The notes: generated from the letters alone by a model not told the origin. A stretch of DNA of 61,966 bases, filler included, from Globobulimina sp. (GCA_003354225.1; 18 parts of 18 records of this genome joined end to end with filler, not necessarily neighbours in it), one strand, 5' to 3'; positions 48,742 through 61,692 are shown, numbered from the whole stretch's first letter. Numbers and translations: made by a program.

Positions 48742-49206
48742 ATGTATCCGCGTTTGTTATTGCTTTCAATTTTAGTGTTATTTTTTATACAAGGTTTGTA
48801 ATATAATGTATTGCTTCGAATTCATTTGTACATTGAAAATTAACCATATAAAGGCAATGGGTTAACCACTGATGGCAATGATATTGTTACTGAGGATAAT
48901 CATAACAATCATGACATACATCGAGTATTATTAGGAATAGAGGACTCAAAAATTAATATTGGAAATAATGAACAAGTGATAGTATTATCAATGTCTACAG
49001 TGTGGTTTAAGGGAATAATTGCAATGAATTTGGCAATGTTTATTGCTGTGATATTAATATTTGTAATGCAATGCAAGCATTTTTTAAATAATTGTATGCG
49101 AGGAAGAGGCAGATATGCAAGACGACGACATGTGGATAAATATGATAAATTGCAATTAACCACAGATGTTACTGAATTCGATGATACTCTCTATGAAGAT
49201 GAATAA
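48742..49206 (+). CDS. Small single-pass type I membrane protein
   Basis: Signal peptide exon MYPRLLLLSILVLFFIQ, intron 48794-48853, TM helix followed by an Arg-rich tail. Confidence 0.55.
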
Positions 49207-49327
49207 TTATATCAAATTGTTTGAATTCCTTTTTTTTGTTTCTCATTGCATTCCGTTTTTTTGTTATATTCATTCTTGTTACTGCTGTGCAAGGAGAGTC
49301 ACTGTCGAAAACTCACTGTGTTCAATG

Positions 49328-50347
49328 TCACAGATTGGATGGATAAAAGGCAACAATAAGTTGGTTTAAACTGGTTGGAACTTGTTGATATAAATTATGT
49401 TCCACCTCAACTCTCCGAATAAATCCATAAACGATGATTTTATTCCTTTGGAATGTCGGCAATATATCCGTTAGAAAAATGCGGTGATAAAAGCCGGAGC
49501 CAATACAATGCAAAATATCGTCATCGTCCTTAACAACTGTGGTCAGATTCTGCGCTCGTAATTGATATATTTTATCGGATTTGTAGCTTTTGCTTGTGAT
49601 CATGTCCAAAAACCAGATATCGGCGGTCTTGAATATCGAGATGAATATAACGATGATGTTATCAAATGCAATCATCGGAGGACACACAAAGTTATCATTT
49701 GAGGCATATGAAACTGGTAACATTAATTTCGATTCTTTCCACACAAATTTGTTTTGGTTTTTTGCAGTAATTTGACAGCTCCAAATCTCCAAATTCCATA
49801 AGAACAATACTAATATTTGCATTTTCTGCATATACACCATATGCCGGACTGCAGATTGCGGAACATTTGAATGTGGCAATTGTATGAATTTATTGCTTGC
49901 TTTCTCATATTTAATGTGTTTGCCATTGGAAATTAAATGTAATTCGTCGACTGGATTTGGAATGTACTGCACTGATTTGATGCTTCCAATCCTATCATAA
50001 TTCAACTTGTCTGCATTTTCAATGTCAAGTGCGATATTTTTACATTTGATGTCCCAGCGATTGCTTTGGATGTCGTAACTTGCAAAGAAATCGTCGCAGA
50101 AATATACAATGTTGTTATCAATGTCCAATGTGAAATGATTTCGAATGGAGCGCGATAATATCAGTTGCTTGCTGATTTTGGTCAATTTCTTAAGTTTATC
50201 TTTTTTAATATTGTATCGAATCAATGCACCATTCGCACATAACAATAGCACGTATGGCGATCCATCCGTCAATGAGTGGTAACTTATGCCGCCACTGTGA
50301 ATGCCTGTAATGGGTAGCAATTCGCGAAACTTTAGTGTCATTTCCAT
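49328..50347 (-). CDS. Divergent Kelch/beta-propeller-like protein
   Basis: Beta-rich repeats (LHLI, DIWFLD, LHCIG); C-terminal IVYGFIR..VP.SL.QLI.AFY motif. Confidence 0.5.
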   Translation of the reverse strand: MEMTLKFRELLPITGIHSGGISYHSLTDGSPYVLLLCANGALIRYNIKKDKLKKLTKISKQLILSRSIRNHFTLDIDNNIVYFCDDFFASYDIQSNRWDIKCKNIALDIENADKLNYDRIGSIKSVQYIPNPVDELHLISNGKHIKYEKASNKFIQLPHSNVPQSAVRHMVYMQKMQILVLFLWNLEIWSCQITAKNQNKFVWKESKLMLPVSYASNDNFVCPPMIAFDNIIVIFISIFKTADIWFLDMITSKSYKSDKIYQLRAQNLTTVVKDDDDILHCIGSGFYHRIFLTDILPTFQRNKIIVYGFIRRVEVEHNLYQQVPTSLNQLIVAFYPSNL

Positions 50348-50425
50348 CTGCAAAAACTTCCACTGTAGTGAGTGCCAACTAATAATTAAAAATCAAAGCA
50401 AAACAAAAGTGAGTCACACCAACTA

Positions 50426-51489
50426 TTATTTCGAATCGACAGATTGAGTAAAATCATATTGTATGGTGGGAATCACCGCAGACATGAACTTTAAAAATAG
50501 AAACAAATACTCGTCGATGGTGATTTGCTTGCCAGATTCCTCGAACTTTGTCATAAATCTTTTCATGACTTCCGAATGCCGGCAGGGATGGATAGAGGCA
50601 CAGACCACTCCGCTATGGATGTGCGGCTCCACAGTCACTGTCTTATGCGCATGGTCGGCGGAGATGTCTTCAAATATTTGTGTCGACGACAATGGACTGC
50701 CATTTTCATCATAGCCCCTCAACCAAACTCGCGGCACTCGATAGAATTTATCATACGTTATGCTCACATCATAGGTGCGCGTTTTTAGTATGCCACTGTC
50801 CGCTTTCTCCGACACGCAAAACATTTTATTCTCTGCCTTCTTCTCCTCTTCCTTTGACTGTTGCTGTTCTGTGGACGTTACCACGTTGTCATTATCATCG
50901 AAATCCTCCATGTCAGGTATCACAAAATCATCCTCCTCCTCCTCGTCATTGTTCTCTATGTAGTTATCCTGGATTTGCACCAATGGCTCATCAGTCAAAT
51001 TTAGCTTTTCTTCGCTGTTTTGTTTGTTATCTGTGTCATTCTCTGCATCCAAATCAATGTCTGCGATCCTGTTTTTTTTACGAGCGTATCCTTGCACACA
51101 TGCGATTTTTTGGTGGTATGTATGTGAGTTAACTCTTGAGTGAGATTGTTGGCGTTGTCCTCCATATTCAGCCATTCGCCATTTTCAACAATTTCCTCAT
51201 TAGTTCCAATTGAATTCATTAACGATTTGACGCGTTTTAGACACGGCAAATTGCGAGAAATTAAAAATTGTTGATTAGCGGGTAAAAATGGACGGGCTTT
51301 TTTTTTGTCGCCGCCTTCCCACGACCAAGTTGGGCATTTGTAGACTAACTGGCAGCCCGCTTTCAAAAATTCTTCAGGTGTCAAGACGCCCTTTTCTTTG
51401 AATTCCGATTTCTCGTTTATGGGCATCACGTATTCTACACCGGACTTGTACCAGCCATGCAAGGTGTTTTTGATGCTATCCGCTGCCAT
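50426..51489 (-). CDS. ATG3: Autophagy E2-like enzyme ATG3
   Basis: GVLTPEEF, CPTWSW, RTYDVSITYDKFYRVPR, HPCRH active site, FLKFMSAVIPTIQYD. Intron 51069-51133. Confidence 0.97.
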
Positions 51490-51732
51490 TTAGCAGTCAA
51501 GTAAAGGAAAAGAAATGATTTTTATACAAAAAAAACTCACAGTAACGGGTGCTACTTTTACTTGACTGTCTATGTTTTAATCGCGCAACATCAACATACC
51601 AAAAAAAACAAAATGCAACCACCGATATTTACNNNNNNNNNNNNNNNNNNNNNNNNNNNNNNNNNNNNNNNNNNNNTTAATTAATTAANNNNNNNNNNNN
51701 NNNNNNNNNNNNNNNNNNNNNNNNNNNNNNNN

Positions 51733-52583
51733 GCCATCGCTGTTTTTAGCGTGGGGGTTAGTTGCAGTTCCAGCCGGGACCACAGATAGTCACTGTCAAT
51801 TTGGGATGACGCACCCTCTTCAATATCGTTAAAAACAATATCATCTTTTGAGGCGACCACGCCGCTAGAAAGGGAGGCATCCTCACTCAATTCAATATTA
51901 AAACGGGCAGAAATATCCTGGTAGGTCGGTTCCCCGGAACGGGTTTCGATATAATCGGTCAGGTCCTCCAAATCACCCTGACGGTAGGATAACAACCAAC
52001 TGGCAGGCTTGTTGCCAATGGATTCGCCGCGGGTATTTACAAAGGATGAAAAGGTCGACAGGCCAATTTCAGTATTGTATTGGTCACTGGTCCACTCATT
52101 ACTAATATCCATCACCCCGCTAATTCGATTGCCGTAACGGGAGGGAAATCCACCGGTGTAAAAATCCACCGACTCAATGGTGTGGTAATCAATAGCGCTG
52201 TAAGCACTGTGATAGTCGGCCAGATGAAAAGGCTCCAGTAATTCCACGCCATCCTGCAACACTAACAACTCATCCTGGAGACCACCACGAATCCGAGGTT
52301 TGGCGGAAACCCCCACCGAGGAAATACCCGGCATACGCACCATAGCCCGCATCACATCGGATCCCAGGGAGGGGATCTGACTCATTTGCTCCGGCAGTAA
52401 GCGATAGGAGGAACTGGCCAAATCCGACTCAGGGAAACTATGGACACTGCCAGTCACGATAACATTCTCGATAACCGACTCCGTTTTAATGGTTTTCTTC
52501 GTTGCTGGCGGCGGCAATGGCGACTTACCAGGGGTGATAATCCAGAGCTCTCCCTGCTTTTGCAGCCCCAAGCCATTTAGCAC
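51733..52583 (-). CDS. Bacterial TonB-dependent receptor fragment (plug domain plus barrel start)
   Basis: IENVIVTGS (TonB box), DVMRAMVRMPG, IRGG..DE..DG, GGFPSRYGNRISGVMDI. No introns; higher GC than its flank. Confidence 0.85.
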
Positions 52584-52974
52584 CTATCGCTGTCGAGTTC
52601 GCATTATTCTCAATTCTAGTAGGGAAATTGTAATATTTCTCTATTCACTATATTTTATGCATGTACTGTATGTATTTCTTTTTTTTGATTCGTGTTTTTT
52701 GAGTTGCCGTGTGTTAAATTTTCCTATTATTAAATATGTTTTCTTTGTTTTTTTAATCTTGTTTTGTTTTACGTATGACAACAAATCACAGAGTGCATCC
52801 CTCGACGCCCAAAAAAAGCTCTCTTCAAATGACGACTTCATTATAATATAATATTACTAGCTCAACAGAGTTTTTTCAAGCTTTTCTTCTGAAAAACTGT
52901 ACTGACCATCACGTCGTTTTTTGGTAGCGTGAGGTTGGTATCAAACTTGAACCAATCAACATTCTATAAACTAA

Positions 52975-55077
52975 ATGTCAGGTCGTTTCAGTCAATATGA
53001 ATCACCTTCGAGTCAACGATACAGCACAATCTTACAATTAAATGGCGCAGCAGCCCCAGAAGATGACCTATTTGTCACAAGGTTATTATCCACATTCGTA
53101 AATAAGCAGTCTGCCTTATTCCAACGGTGGGTCAAAGTGCGCATCACTGAGAATAATAATGGTTTCCCTGAATTTACGCGATATACCTCCAATAATTCGC
53201 AAATATACGGCAGCAAACACCCCAAATCGCAATTATTAGTGCTCACTCCTCTTAAAATCATCTCGCTGCCCACCATACAATCGCCCAAAAGAATGAAGCA
53301 GTTTAAAATCATCGACATCATCTCATTATTCATCGAGGAAAACACACAAACTCAATCTTACCATTCCCCCGCCGGCAACCACCACCTAAACGTTGCAAAG
53401 AAAAAGAAAAGCTCCAAAAAGCTAAACAAACCCAAAAAAAGAACCATATCCAGCAACACCAAACAAATCCAAGTCATCCAAACCAAAGTCAACGACCCCA
53501 ACAGCTTACTCACTGTCAGCACGCCCAAAAAGAAGAAAAAAAAACGCAACAACAAGGACAAAGTGCTCACCTCTTATCCCATCGTGCAATATAAACCAGA
53601 CTATGTACACGAAAACAACAGCAACGCTCCCAAACAAACACAAAACATCAAAATACTGGAAAACGGCCATGGCCATCGGGGCCACCAACCGCAGGCTTCT
53701 TCCTCCTCACAATCGCACTCATTGTCCCCTCCGCCTTCCACCTCCTTGCCCTCTTTCAACGACTTTGCCGTCACCGACGAGGATGGCAACGACGATATGA
53801 TTCTGTACGAAACCACGCCCAAACTCGAGCTGTCGCGCTCGCATTCCACCTCACAAAATTGCTCGCAATCTCGCAGCGGTGGCTCCACCGTCACCTCTTT
53901 GGGCGGCTATACCGGCTGGATCTATCATTGCAGCATAAAATTCCACAAATTGGATGTATTGGACATGAGTTACGATAAGTTGTTGTCGCACAACTGCGAG
54001 AGTTTGGAGACTGACATCTTAGACATCTACTTCGAATCGAAAGAGGTCGCAAAGGAGTTCTTGGACATTTTGCAGTTTTATTTGTTTACTTTGTATCGCG
54101 GCGTTCCTATTGAATATAAGCCAAAATGCGAAATCATACCCAACGCACTCAACGACGACGAGAAGTACATAGATCTCCGCCTGTCCTCCGACGACGACAT
54201 GAAAAACGGGCAGAATACGCGAAAAAAGGCCAAAGTGACAAAACGAAAGTACCCCTTTGTGCCGTCGCAGGTCTTTATCGATCGGTATGTGGCATATTGC
54301 GATGCTCAAAAGATACAAGCTTTGGACAGCGTCATTGATTATGTTATCCACACCAACAACGACGACATATTTGACGTGGCCGCTGCCTTTAGTCACCACG
54401 CCTTATTGTATAGAAATGGCGGCCACCATCCCATTGCACGTAGTGACGAAGTAATGCCCGTATTGCCTGTGGGAGGCACCAAACTAGGAATGAACTATAG
54501 CTCTTTGGGTAATGTAAAATGCAAACAATGCGCTTAAATCTAACCAAAAGCATAGATATATACAGCAACACTTTTTGCTCAGATTTAAGTGAAGTGCCAA
54601 ACTGAGCACATTCTTTGCATTTTGCCACAGATAACTTTTCCCGCGAGATTAATAACGGCATGCGACAGACGAAGAACATCCAACAGGAACAGTACATCGC
54701 GTTGGGCCATGCCTTGGCCTTTTTGAAAATGTACAAAAAACTGTGCGTGGACCGCCTCAACACGGATGACAGCAACATCGCGACATTGATGAAGATATTC
54801 GAGACCAATCCGTATATCGACGCCTGTGAGTTTCGCAAATGTGCGATTAAGAAAATCACAATGCAGTCGCTATCCATTTCGTTGCGAGCGGGCGTGAGCA
54901 ACTTGAAAGAGCTCAGTATCATAGATATCCATTTAAGTAGATCGGTGCTACGCGACTTGGATTTGGAGAACTGCAATTTGAATAAATTGGTGATGAGTAA
55001 GTGCAACATGTCTGAGAAAACCTGCGTGTATTTGTTCAATGAGTTGATCCAGGCCCAGCAGCATAAGACCATGATCC
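52975..55077 (+). CDS. CARMIL-like/leucine-rich-repeat protein, 3'-partial
   Basis: RYVAYCD..DSVIDYV linker-like motif followed by LRR starts (LKELSI, LNKLVMSKCNM). Introns 54509-54555 and 54589-54630. Confidence 0.5.
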
Positions 55078-55879
55078 NNNNNNNNNNNNNNNNNNNNNNN
55101 NNNNNNNNNNNNNNNNNNNNNTTAATTAATTAANNNNNNNNNNNNNNNNNNNNNNNNNNNNNNNNNNNNNNNNNNNNCATTAATTCTGGAATATTATCGC
55201 ATTTTTCATTGATTGTACGTTTGATGATATTTGGATGATTTCCAAAATTTCGGATTATAACTCTCGACGGATACTTTAACACTGTGTTTTCCATCAATTT
55301 CTGATGGATTTGATTAAATAATTGCAGCAATTTTTCATTTTCAAAATTTGTACAACTTTGAATGATACTCAAAAATGTTCTGGTTTGTTGATTTGTGGTT
55401 GTTTTCCAGATTCTTGTTTTATCGTTTTCGTACAACTGCTTTGCAATCCAAAATCCATCGCATGCATCGCTTTCAAACAATAATTGGCATTTTTGTGCAG
55501 CAGAAATATAAACATTAAAATCTGATGTCATCGACCATGCTAAAATAGAGATTAAATCGGATTGATCTTTGGCTTCACCAATAGTATCTATGTATATTCA
55601 GTCATATCTGATCAAATATTATCATTTCGGACATTTTGTATCTGACTTATTAGTTCATTTGAAGATAGAGCAAATAATCCAAAGAATGTCAATATTGTCA
55701 TGATGATATTGATATGGTAAGCCCAGAGTTTTCTAGATTTTTAAGCCCTTAATATCACCATCAATGTTTTCTAGATTTTTCGCAAAATTAGCAAAAAAAC
55801 ACAGGCTTTGACAAAATGAACAACATTTTGCTCTCGGTAAGGTCACGGAACGTGTTACGTATTCAAAGGAAACGACTAT

Positions 55880-56933
55880 TTACGGTCTTTCATTTTGATT
55901 GCTGTGTGCAACCATTCCCTGCAATGATTTATCCGCTATGCTATCATGTTTCAATTGATCATTGTGTATATTTTGAACATTATCTGGTGCAATATCCACG
56001 ATGTCCTCATCCACTCCTTCAATAAACTCATTATCGCAGCCACAAAACTCAGTCGGTTTCCATATTTCAAACAAATTATCCAAATCACAATCCATTGTCA
56101 AGGCTTTTGGATGGACGCTCCGTGTAACATCATTATGAAAGTCGCATAACCATTGACTATATTCCTTATTATTTGCAATCATTGGCGGTTTTTTTTTTAA
56201 TTTTTGTTTCATATGTTTGGCACATTCGCCACACGGATATAATCTGCTAAATGATTCCCAAAATTGCGACAAGTCTTTCTTCCTTTGTTCGGTTGGTTGC
56301 TCTGAATATGTCACACTTTGTGTATGCAAAAATAGCCATGATATGTGACCTAAATCTTGTCGACTTAACGGGGGCCCTTTTGCAGTAAAGTTGCAGTGCG
56401 TGCTATGAGTGCGAGGATATGCGTAAATAGACCGTACCTGCAATTATATGAACATCGGGATAGTTATCATTGACTTTTTGATGCAGATCGTATAACGTAG
56501 GATGTGTAGAGGTTATTGGTGAGGATAGGAATGAAAGTGTGGAGATTTGATGGTAATAATAGTGGCCATTTAATGTTTCAATGTATAAAAATATTGACGT
56601 GAAAAATAACATTAATAGGATGATTAAACAGGGGATGGAGTTAAACTGTATCGAAACGCGTGTAATCCATAGATATTCTATACATTTTTTGATGCGTTTT
56701 GATAATGTTTTCTGTGCTTCAGGGCTACGACTATTATATTTGCAAAATATATTGTTGAGATATACATGTTACCCAAGAAAAGAAGACAAGGAAGCTGCAG
56801 ACGAGGGAGGTGTTAAATACGTTGAGGATGATTTTATATGCCGCTTTGGAATATGGAAATGGATTGAAAAGCATGATAATCCACATCTTACTGTTTCGAT
56901 TGGCGTTGCATTGTTCACGTTGGTGTAAAACAT
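55880..56933 (-). CDS. Erv-family FAD-dependent sulfhydryl oxidase, Erv2-like (TM anchor, CGC motif)
   Basis: LGHISWLFLHT, LYPCGECAKH, WLCDFHNDV, FCGCD. Introns 56731-56772 and 56377-56437. Confidence 0.85.
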
Positions 56934-56969
56934 GGTGACGTGAGTGTTTATTGCAAAACTTTTACTCAT

Positions 56970-58451
56970 TTAGTTACACAACAAACATACACCATTGACA
57001 AATGTATGGATCCCTCGGGGATCGACACATTCAATGCTTTGCTCGTTATAAACACGAGATGTCTCACAAAAGAATTTATGGCAATCATTACACATTCTCA
57101 TTGCTACAGATATTCGAATATCCTGATTACAGTTCACATCATTTGCAAGTAAAATAGCTAACGCTTTCTTTTCTGAATGACTTTTCAATAAATTTTTCCT
57201 TTTCCGATTATTTTGCAATTCTGGAACTATGGAAACATCCATTTTGTAATCAATTTCTTTCATCAATGTAACCACTTTATGCATTGCCTTAAACTCACAG
57301 TTTTTAATATGTCCACTTTTTATCTCATATTTTTTACCATTAATCCAAAATGTTGCAGCAACATTGGTTTTCAATTTTTTTTTATACTCCAAAAGATTCC
57401 AAATCTTATCCACATTCTCTTTATCTCCGCATTTAATCCCAACGCGATAAAATGCCATTAATTTTTCTATATTTACCTCATTTTCCAAATCAAAATTTTC
57501 TGTAATTATTTGCAAAATATTTGATATTTTTTCACTTCGAATTTCTTTCGACGACAACACACTCAATGCATCAATGTCATGTTTGTTATCATTATATTCC
57601 TCCATATATACATTATAAAACTCCCACATTTTGTCCAATTCTCCGATATTTCCATAGCCAGTCAATATTTGACGCAAACCAATTTCGGGCAAAGCTTGTG
57701 TATACTCCAAATTACATAATAATTCACGGGCTTTCTGCTGACATTTTGCACATTGACTCCGTGAAAATGCCAAAACAGCCAAACAATAACAATCTAAATC
57801 TGGTTCAATTCCAGCTTTATGCACAATGGCATCCCATACATTGAGTAACAACTCATTGTTTAAATGATAATGTCGCGATTTGTCAATGCAAACAAGAAAC
57901 GACTGCAACACAAATAAATCAAATAAGTTATAGTTTGGGTGCGGATTTTGAAGCTTTTGTGATATATCATTCCATATTAAATTGACAGATTCTGTCTGCT
58001 CGCAATTGATCAAACCTTGCAGTAAAGTGGCTAAAATGTAATTATTTAATTCAATGTTGAGATTGGTCATTATTTGATATTGATGTATCATATTTTTCGC
58101 ATCTTTTAATTCTCCGTAAAAGTAAATGATTGACCACCAATCACGTTCGCTGAATTTATGGTAATTATGATTGTATTTTAATTGGTCGATTAATTGATAA
58201 ATTATTTGTTTGTGTTTTGCATTCTTTATTATGATAGTTATGGCTCGAAAATAGGAATTTATGGAAGGTGAAACATTGTGTTGATCCACAAATGTGTGCC
58301 ATATTTTAAGTGCCATATTTGATGCCTTGTTGTTGTGATTGATTTGTTTACATTGATTAAGCAATGCAGTTAATGTGTTGTCGGATATTTTCCTGGGTTC
58401 TGATAGTTGAATTGCTAAATGTTTGGATAAATGCCTCACAGTGTACGCCAT
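56970..58451 (-). CDS. PPR protein with C-terminal DYW-type cytidine deaminase domain
   Basis: About 8 degenerate PPR-like helical repeats; HSEKKALA, MRMCNDCHKF, DPRGIHTFVNGVC. Confidence 0.88.
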   Translation of the reverse strand: MAYTVRHLSKHLAIQLSEPRKISDNTLTALLNQCKQINHNNKASNMALKIWHTFVDQHNVSPSINSYFRAITIIIKNAKHKQIIYQLIDQLKYNHNYHKFSERDWWSIIYFYGELKDAKNMIHQYQIMTNLNIELNNYILATLLQGLINCEQTESVNLIWNDISQKLQNPHPNYNLFDLFVLQSFLVCIDKSRHYHLNNELLLNVWDAIVHKAGIEPDLDCYCLAVLAFSRSQCAKCQQKARELLCNLEYTQALPEIGLRQILTGYGNIGELDKMWEFYNVYMEEYNDNKHDIDALSVLSSKEIRSEKISNILQIITENFDLENEVNIEKLMAFYRVGIKCGDKENVDKIWNLLEYKKKLKTNVAATFWINGKKYEIKSGHIKNCEFKAMHKVVTLMKEIDYKMDVSIVPELQNNRKRKNLLKSHSEKKALAILLANDVNCNQDIRISVAMRMCNDCHKFFCETSRVYNEQSIECVDPRGIHTFVNGVCLLCN

Positions 58452-58622
58452 GTTGGACAGTGTTTGAACTTTCCAGAAATTGTTTTTTTTAATGTTTTTT
58501 CATATAAAGATTTTGTGTTGAANNNNNNNNNNNNNNNNNNNNNNNNNNNNNNNNNNNNNNNNNNNNTTAATTAATTAANNNNNNNNNNNNNNNNNNNNNN
58601 NNNNNNNNNNNNNNNNNNNNNN

Positions 58623-61600
58623 ACGATTAACGCCAATTAATTTTGGTAATATTCATATCAAACAATCAAAAAATAAAAAATTTATAATTTATAATAAATC
58701 AAATAAATATCCGTTTGAATTTAATTGGAGGTTTTTTTGGCCAAAGGTTGGTCGATCGAGACCTAACACATCCAAACCAGCGACTGCACGATCAATGAAA
58801 TCAAATTCAAAACATAATGATAATAAAAAAGCGTTATCAACGCATCGATCCATAGCGAGTACGAACTCAAACACAAAAGAGAGGAAAGTAAGAAATCACG
58901 CTCAATTATTACGACAATGTTTAACTATCACACCAGGACAAGGTACAATTGCGCCGCAACATGAAATTGAATGTGAATTAACATTTAAATCATTGTCACA
59001 AATCACAATCGATCAAATGAAATTATTATGTTTAGAAATCGGCAAAAACAAAACCAAAAATGGATACAATTATCCCTTTTCTATATCTGCAAAAGCACGC
59101 AAACCACGAATAGAATTTATACCCGGCTCATTCGTGAATTTTGGTGATTGTTTTTTATATCATGCAAATAGCAAACCATTAACCTCAACTTTTACAATCA
59201 AAAATAAAGAGATCATCGGCAGCATAACTATCGATGTAATGTTTGAGAATCAGCCACATTTAGAAGTGTCGCCGACTGGTTCCATTGTGGTTGAGTCGCA
59301 AAAACAAATTGAAATTGAAGTAACTTTCAGACCGAGGCAAACAAAACTTTATTCCGAGAAAATCTTGTTAGACATAAATGGTTTGTTTACCTGCGAAGTT
59401 GTGGTGAAAGGCAAAGGTATCGATTTAAAAGTAGACGTCGAGGATGACTCAACTATGCGGAACATATCATTTGGAAACTTGCGGGTTGGCCTAAAACGAA
59501 CCAAAAAATTATCCTTAATTAACAAATCAAAGAAAACCACAGAATGCTCCATCTCATTGGACCACGTTCTACAAACAAAATACATTTCTGTCGACCCCCA
59601 GCCATTAGAAAAGTTCCGGTTGCGCAAAAATGAAAAAAAATATATTTCACTCACCTTTCATCCGCCAATTAGATTGGCGCCGTTTGAGGGTAACTTATTA
59701 GTGAATGCTGAGGGACAAAGTTGCATTTTATCGCGAATCCGAGGCGGCTGTCATGGCATTGGCGCCAAGTTAGACAGTGATACACTGTCATTTGGCACTG
59801 TGGTGTCTGGATCGAGCAAGAAAATGTCGATTAAGTTATGCAACACCGGCGATGTTGGCGTCAAATTCCGATGGGACACCAAATTAATTAAACCACATTT
59901 CAGTTTGTTGCCGGTGATGGGCTATATTGAGGAGAATGGCTACGTATTGATTTCAATCCTATTTCGACCGAAATCGGTCAAACAAAATATTCGCATTAAC
60001 CGGGTTCCGTGTTACATTTAAGGCGATACTTCCATACAATACTTGTCCTTAATTGGTTCATGTATGGACCAACCGACCGGCGAAACGTATGAAATTAAGA
60101 TGAATGCGGCAGTTCGATCCATATCGCGGCACGAAATCAGTATCAATATCTTGAACAATACGAATGAAGATTGGGAGCTGCACCCCGTGATACAAAATGA
60201 TTACTGGACGGGGCAGAATAAAGTACACATTGCGAAGCATACGGATAGTTTTAAATATGTCATCATGTATCGACCGCTGTTGATGACCACCGACGCAAAT
60301 AAATATCATCGCGGATCCATATTCTTCCCGTTACCGAATGGTACGGCAATATTATACAATTTGGTTGGCACTGCGTCGTCGCCAGATATTGAAAATGAAC
60401 TTGATATCACAACCGCGGCGAAGCAAAATAAAACCATTACATTGTCAGTCAAGAATTGGTTGAGTCGGCGGCAAAGATTTCATGTTGAAATTATCAAAGA
60501 AAAGGATATGGAGAGTGTCTTTATTAATGGTGTGGAGTGGATAGATATTCCTGGATTACATAATAGAAATTATAGATTGGTTTTTTATTCGTTGAAACAA
60601 GGTGATATTACCTTTTATATTAAGTTTGTCAATGAGAAAATCAATGAATTCATTCAGTATAAAATCAATGTGAAAGTAAGCCAAGTTACCATTGATTTGC
60701 ATCCATCGGCGTCGGGCTATAATGATCAAATAATATCAATGCAATCCACTGTACGCAACCGATTGGCATATCAGCTGTCAATAAATAATCCGTTATTGAA
60801 ATCGAAAGGAATTATAAATACATTTGAATGTGATAGCAATCACATTTATATTCCAGATTTACCCTTTGATTTACCCTCAGATTCTCAGAAACGTTTAACA
60901 ATTTATTATCGGCCCTTATGTAAAGAGATAAAAAAAGAATCCATTTTGACATTGTTTAGTGACGAATTGGGGGAATATAAATATTTATTAAAATTGACCT
61001 CTACGCCGGTTGGTATTGATAAAATATTAAAATTTAACTCATTTTTGGGTGGTGAGGATTTACAAACTTTTCGATTTGTGCATTTTAAAAATAATAAATC
61101 AAAGCAAAAAGAGACAATATATGATGTTCGAATAACTTCTGAATCCGGATCCGATGAAGAAAAAGAATTAAAAGAATATGATTTTTGTGTCAATCAAAAA
61201 CAATTAAAAGTTATTCATGATAATAACAAAAAAAATAATAGCAATAAGAACGATGATCGAGAGGATGAATCGATTGATGTTCATATCGATATTACGTACA
61301 CTCCCTCAAATATTGGAAATTTGCGAAACTTATTAATTATTTCTTCCTCATCAAACAATTCAACATATCAATGCGCGTTGCATGGTTTTTGTGATCCGCC
61401 TAAACCAAAAGGACCATATCAAATATCTACAAATAATCCAAATCTACAAATTCCATTTCAAAACCCATACAGAGAAAATTGTCAATTTGATTTTAATACC
61501 GATCATAATTGTTTTGTGTTAAAAAAAGAGTCTGAAATCATTAAACCGAAAGCAAAAGCTATGATTCACATACAATTCAAAATTGAAAATAATAAAAAAA

Positions 61601-61692
61601 TGGAAAATAAAAAACAAATTATGGGTAAAGTCATTATAAAATCTAAAAATAAACATGAATGGGTATATTATATCAGAGGCCTGATTCAATAA
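58623..61692 (+). CDS. HYDIN: HYDIN (axonemal central-pair protein) C-terminal ASH-domain region, with an in-frame TAA at 60019-60021
   Basis: NFGDCFLY, INGL, GGCHGI..LSFGTVV, NTGDVGVKFRW, YRPLLMT, GSIFFPLPNG..LYNLVG, VKNWL..QRF, PPKPKGP, WVYYIRG. Confidence 0.9.

Noticed and set aside
54535-54615. Apparent internal stops (TAA, TGA) in the LRR gene; similar breaks in ATG3, TOR and the Erv gene
   Set aside because: All are removed by short GT-AG introns that restore the frame.
3353-58622. Regularly spaced TTAATTAATTAA repeats resembling an array or nanochromosome boundaries
   Set aside because: They are always embedded in N runs, give six-frame stops and separate size-sorted contigs, so they are an artificial linker.
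60019-60021. TAA reassignment (ciliate-type genetic code)
   Set aside because: TAA ends many conserved genes here (ATG3, ACAD, lactonase, HYDIN itself) and no other long ORF needs readthrough.
56970-61692. Functional link between the PPR-DYW gene and the HYDIN stop codon (U-to-C repair)
   Set aside because: They are on different contigs joined artificially; the DYW protein looks organelle-targeted and nothing supports nuclear mRNA editing.
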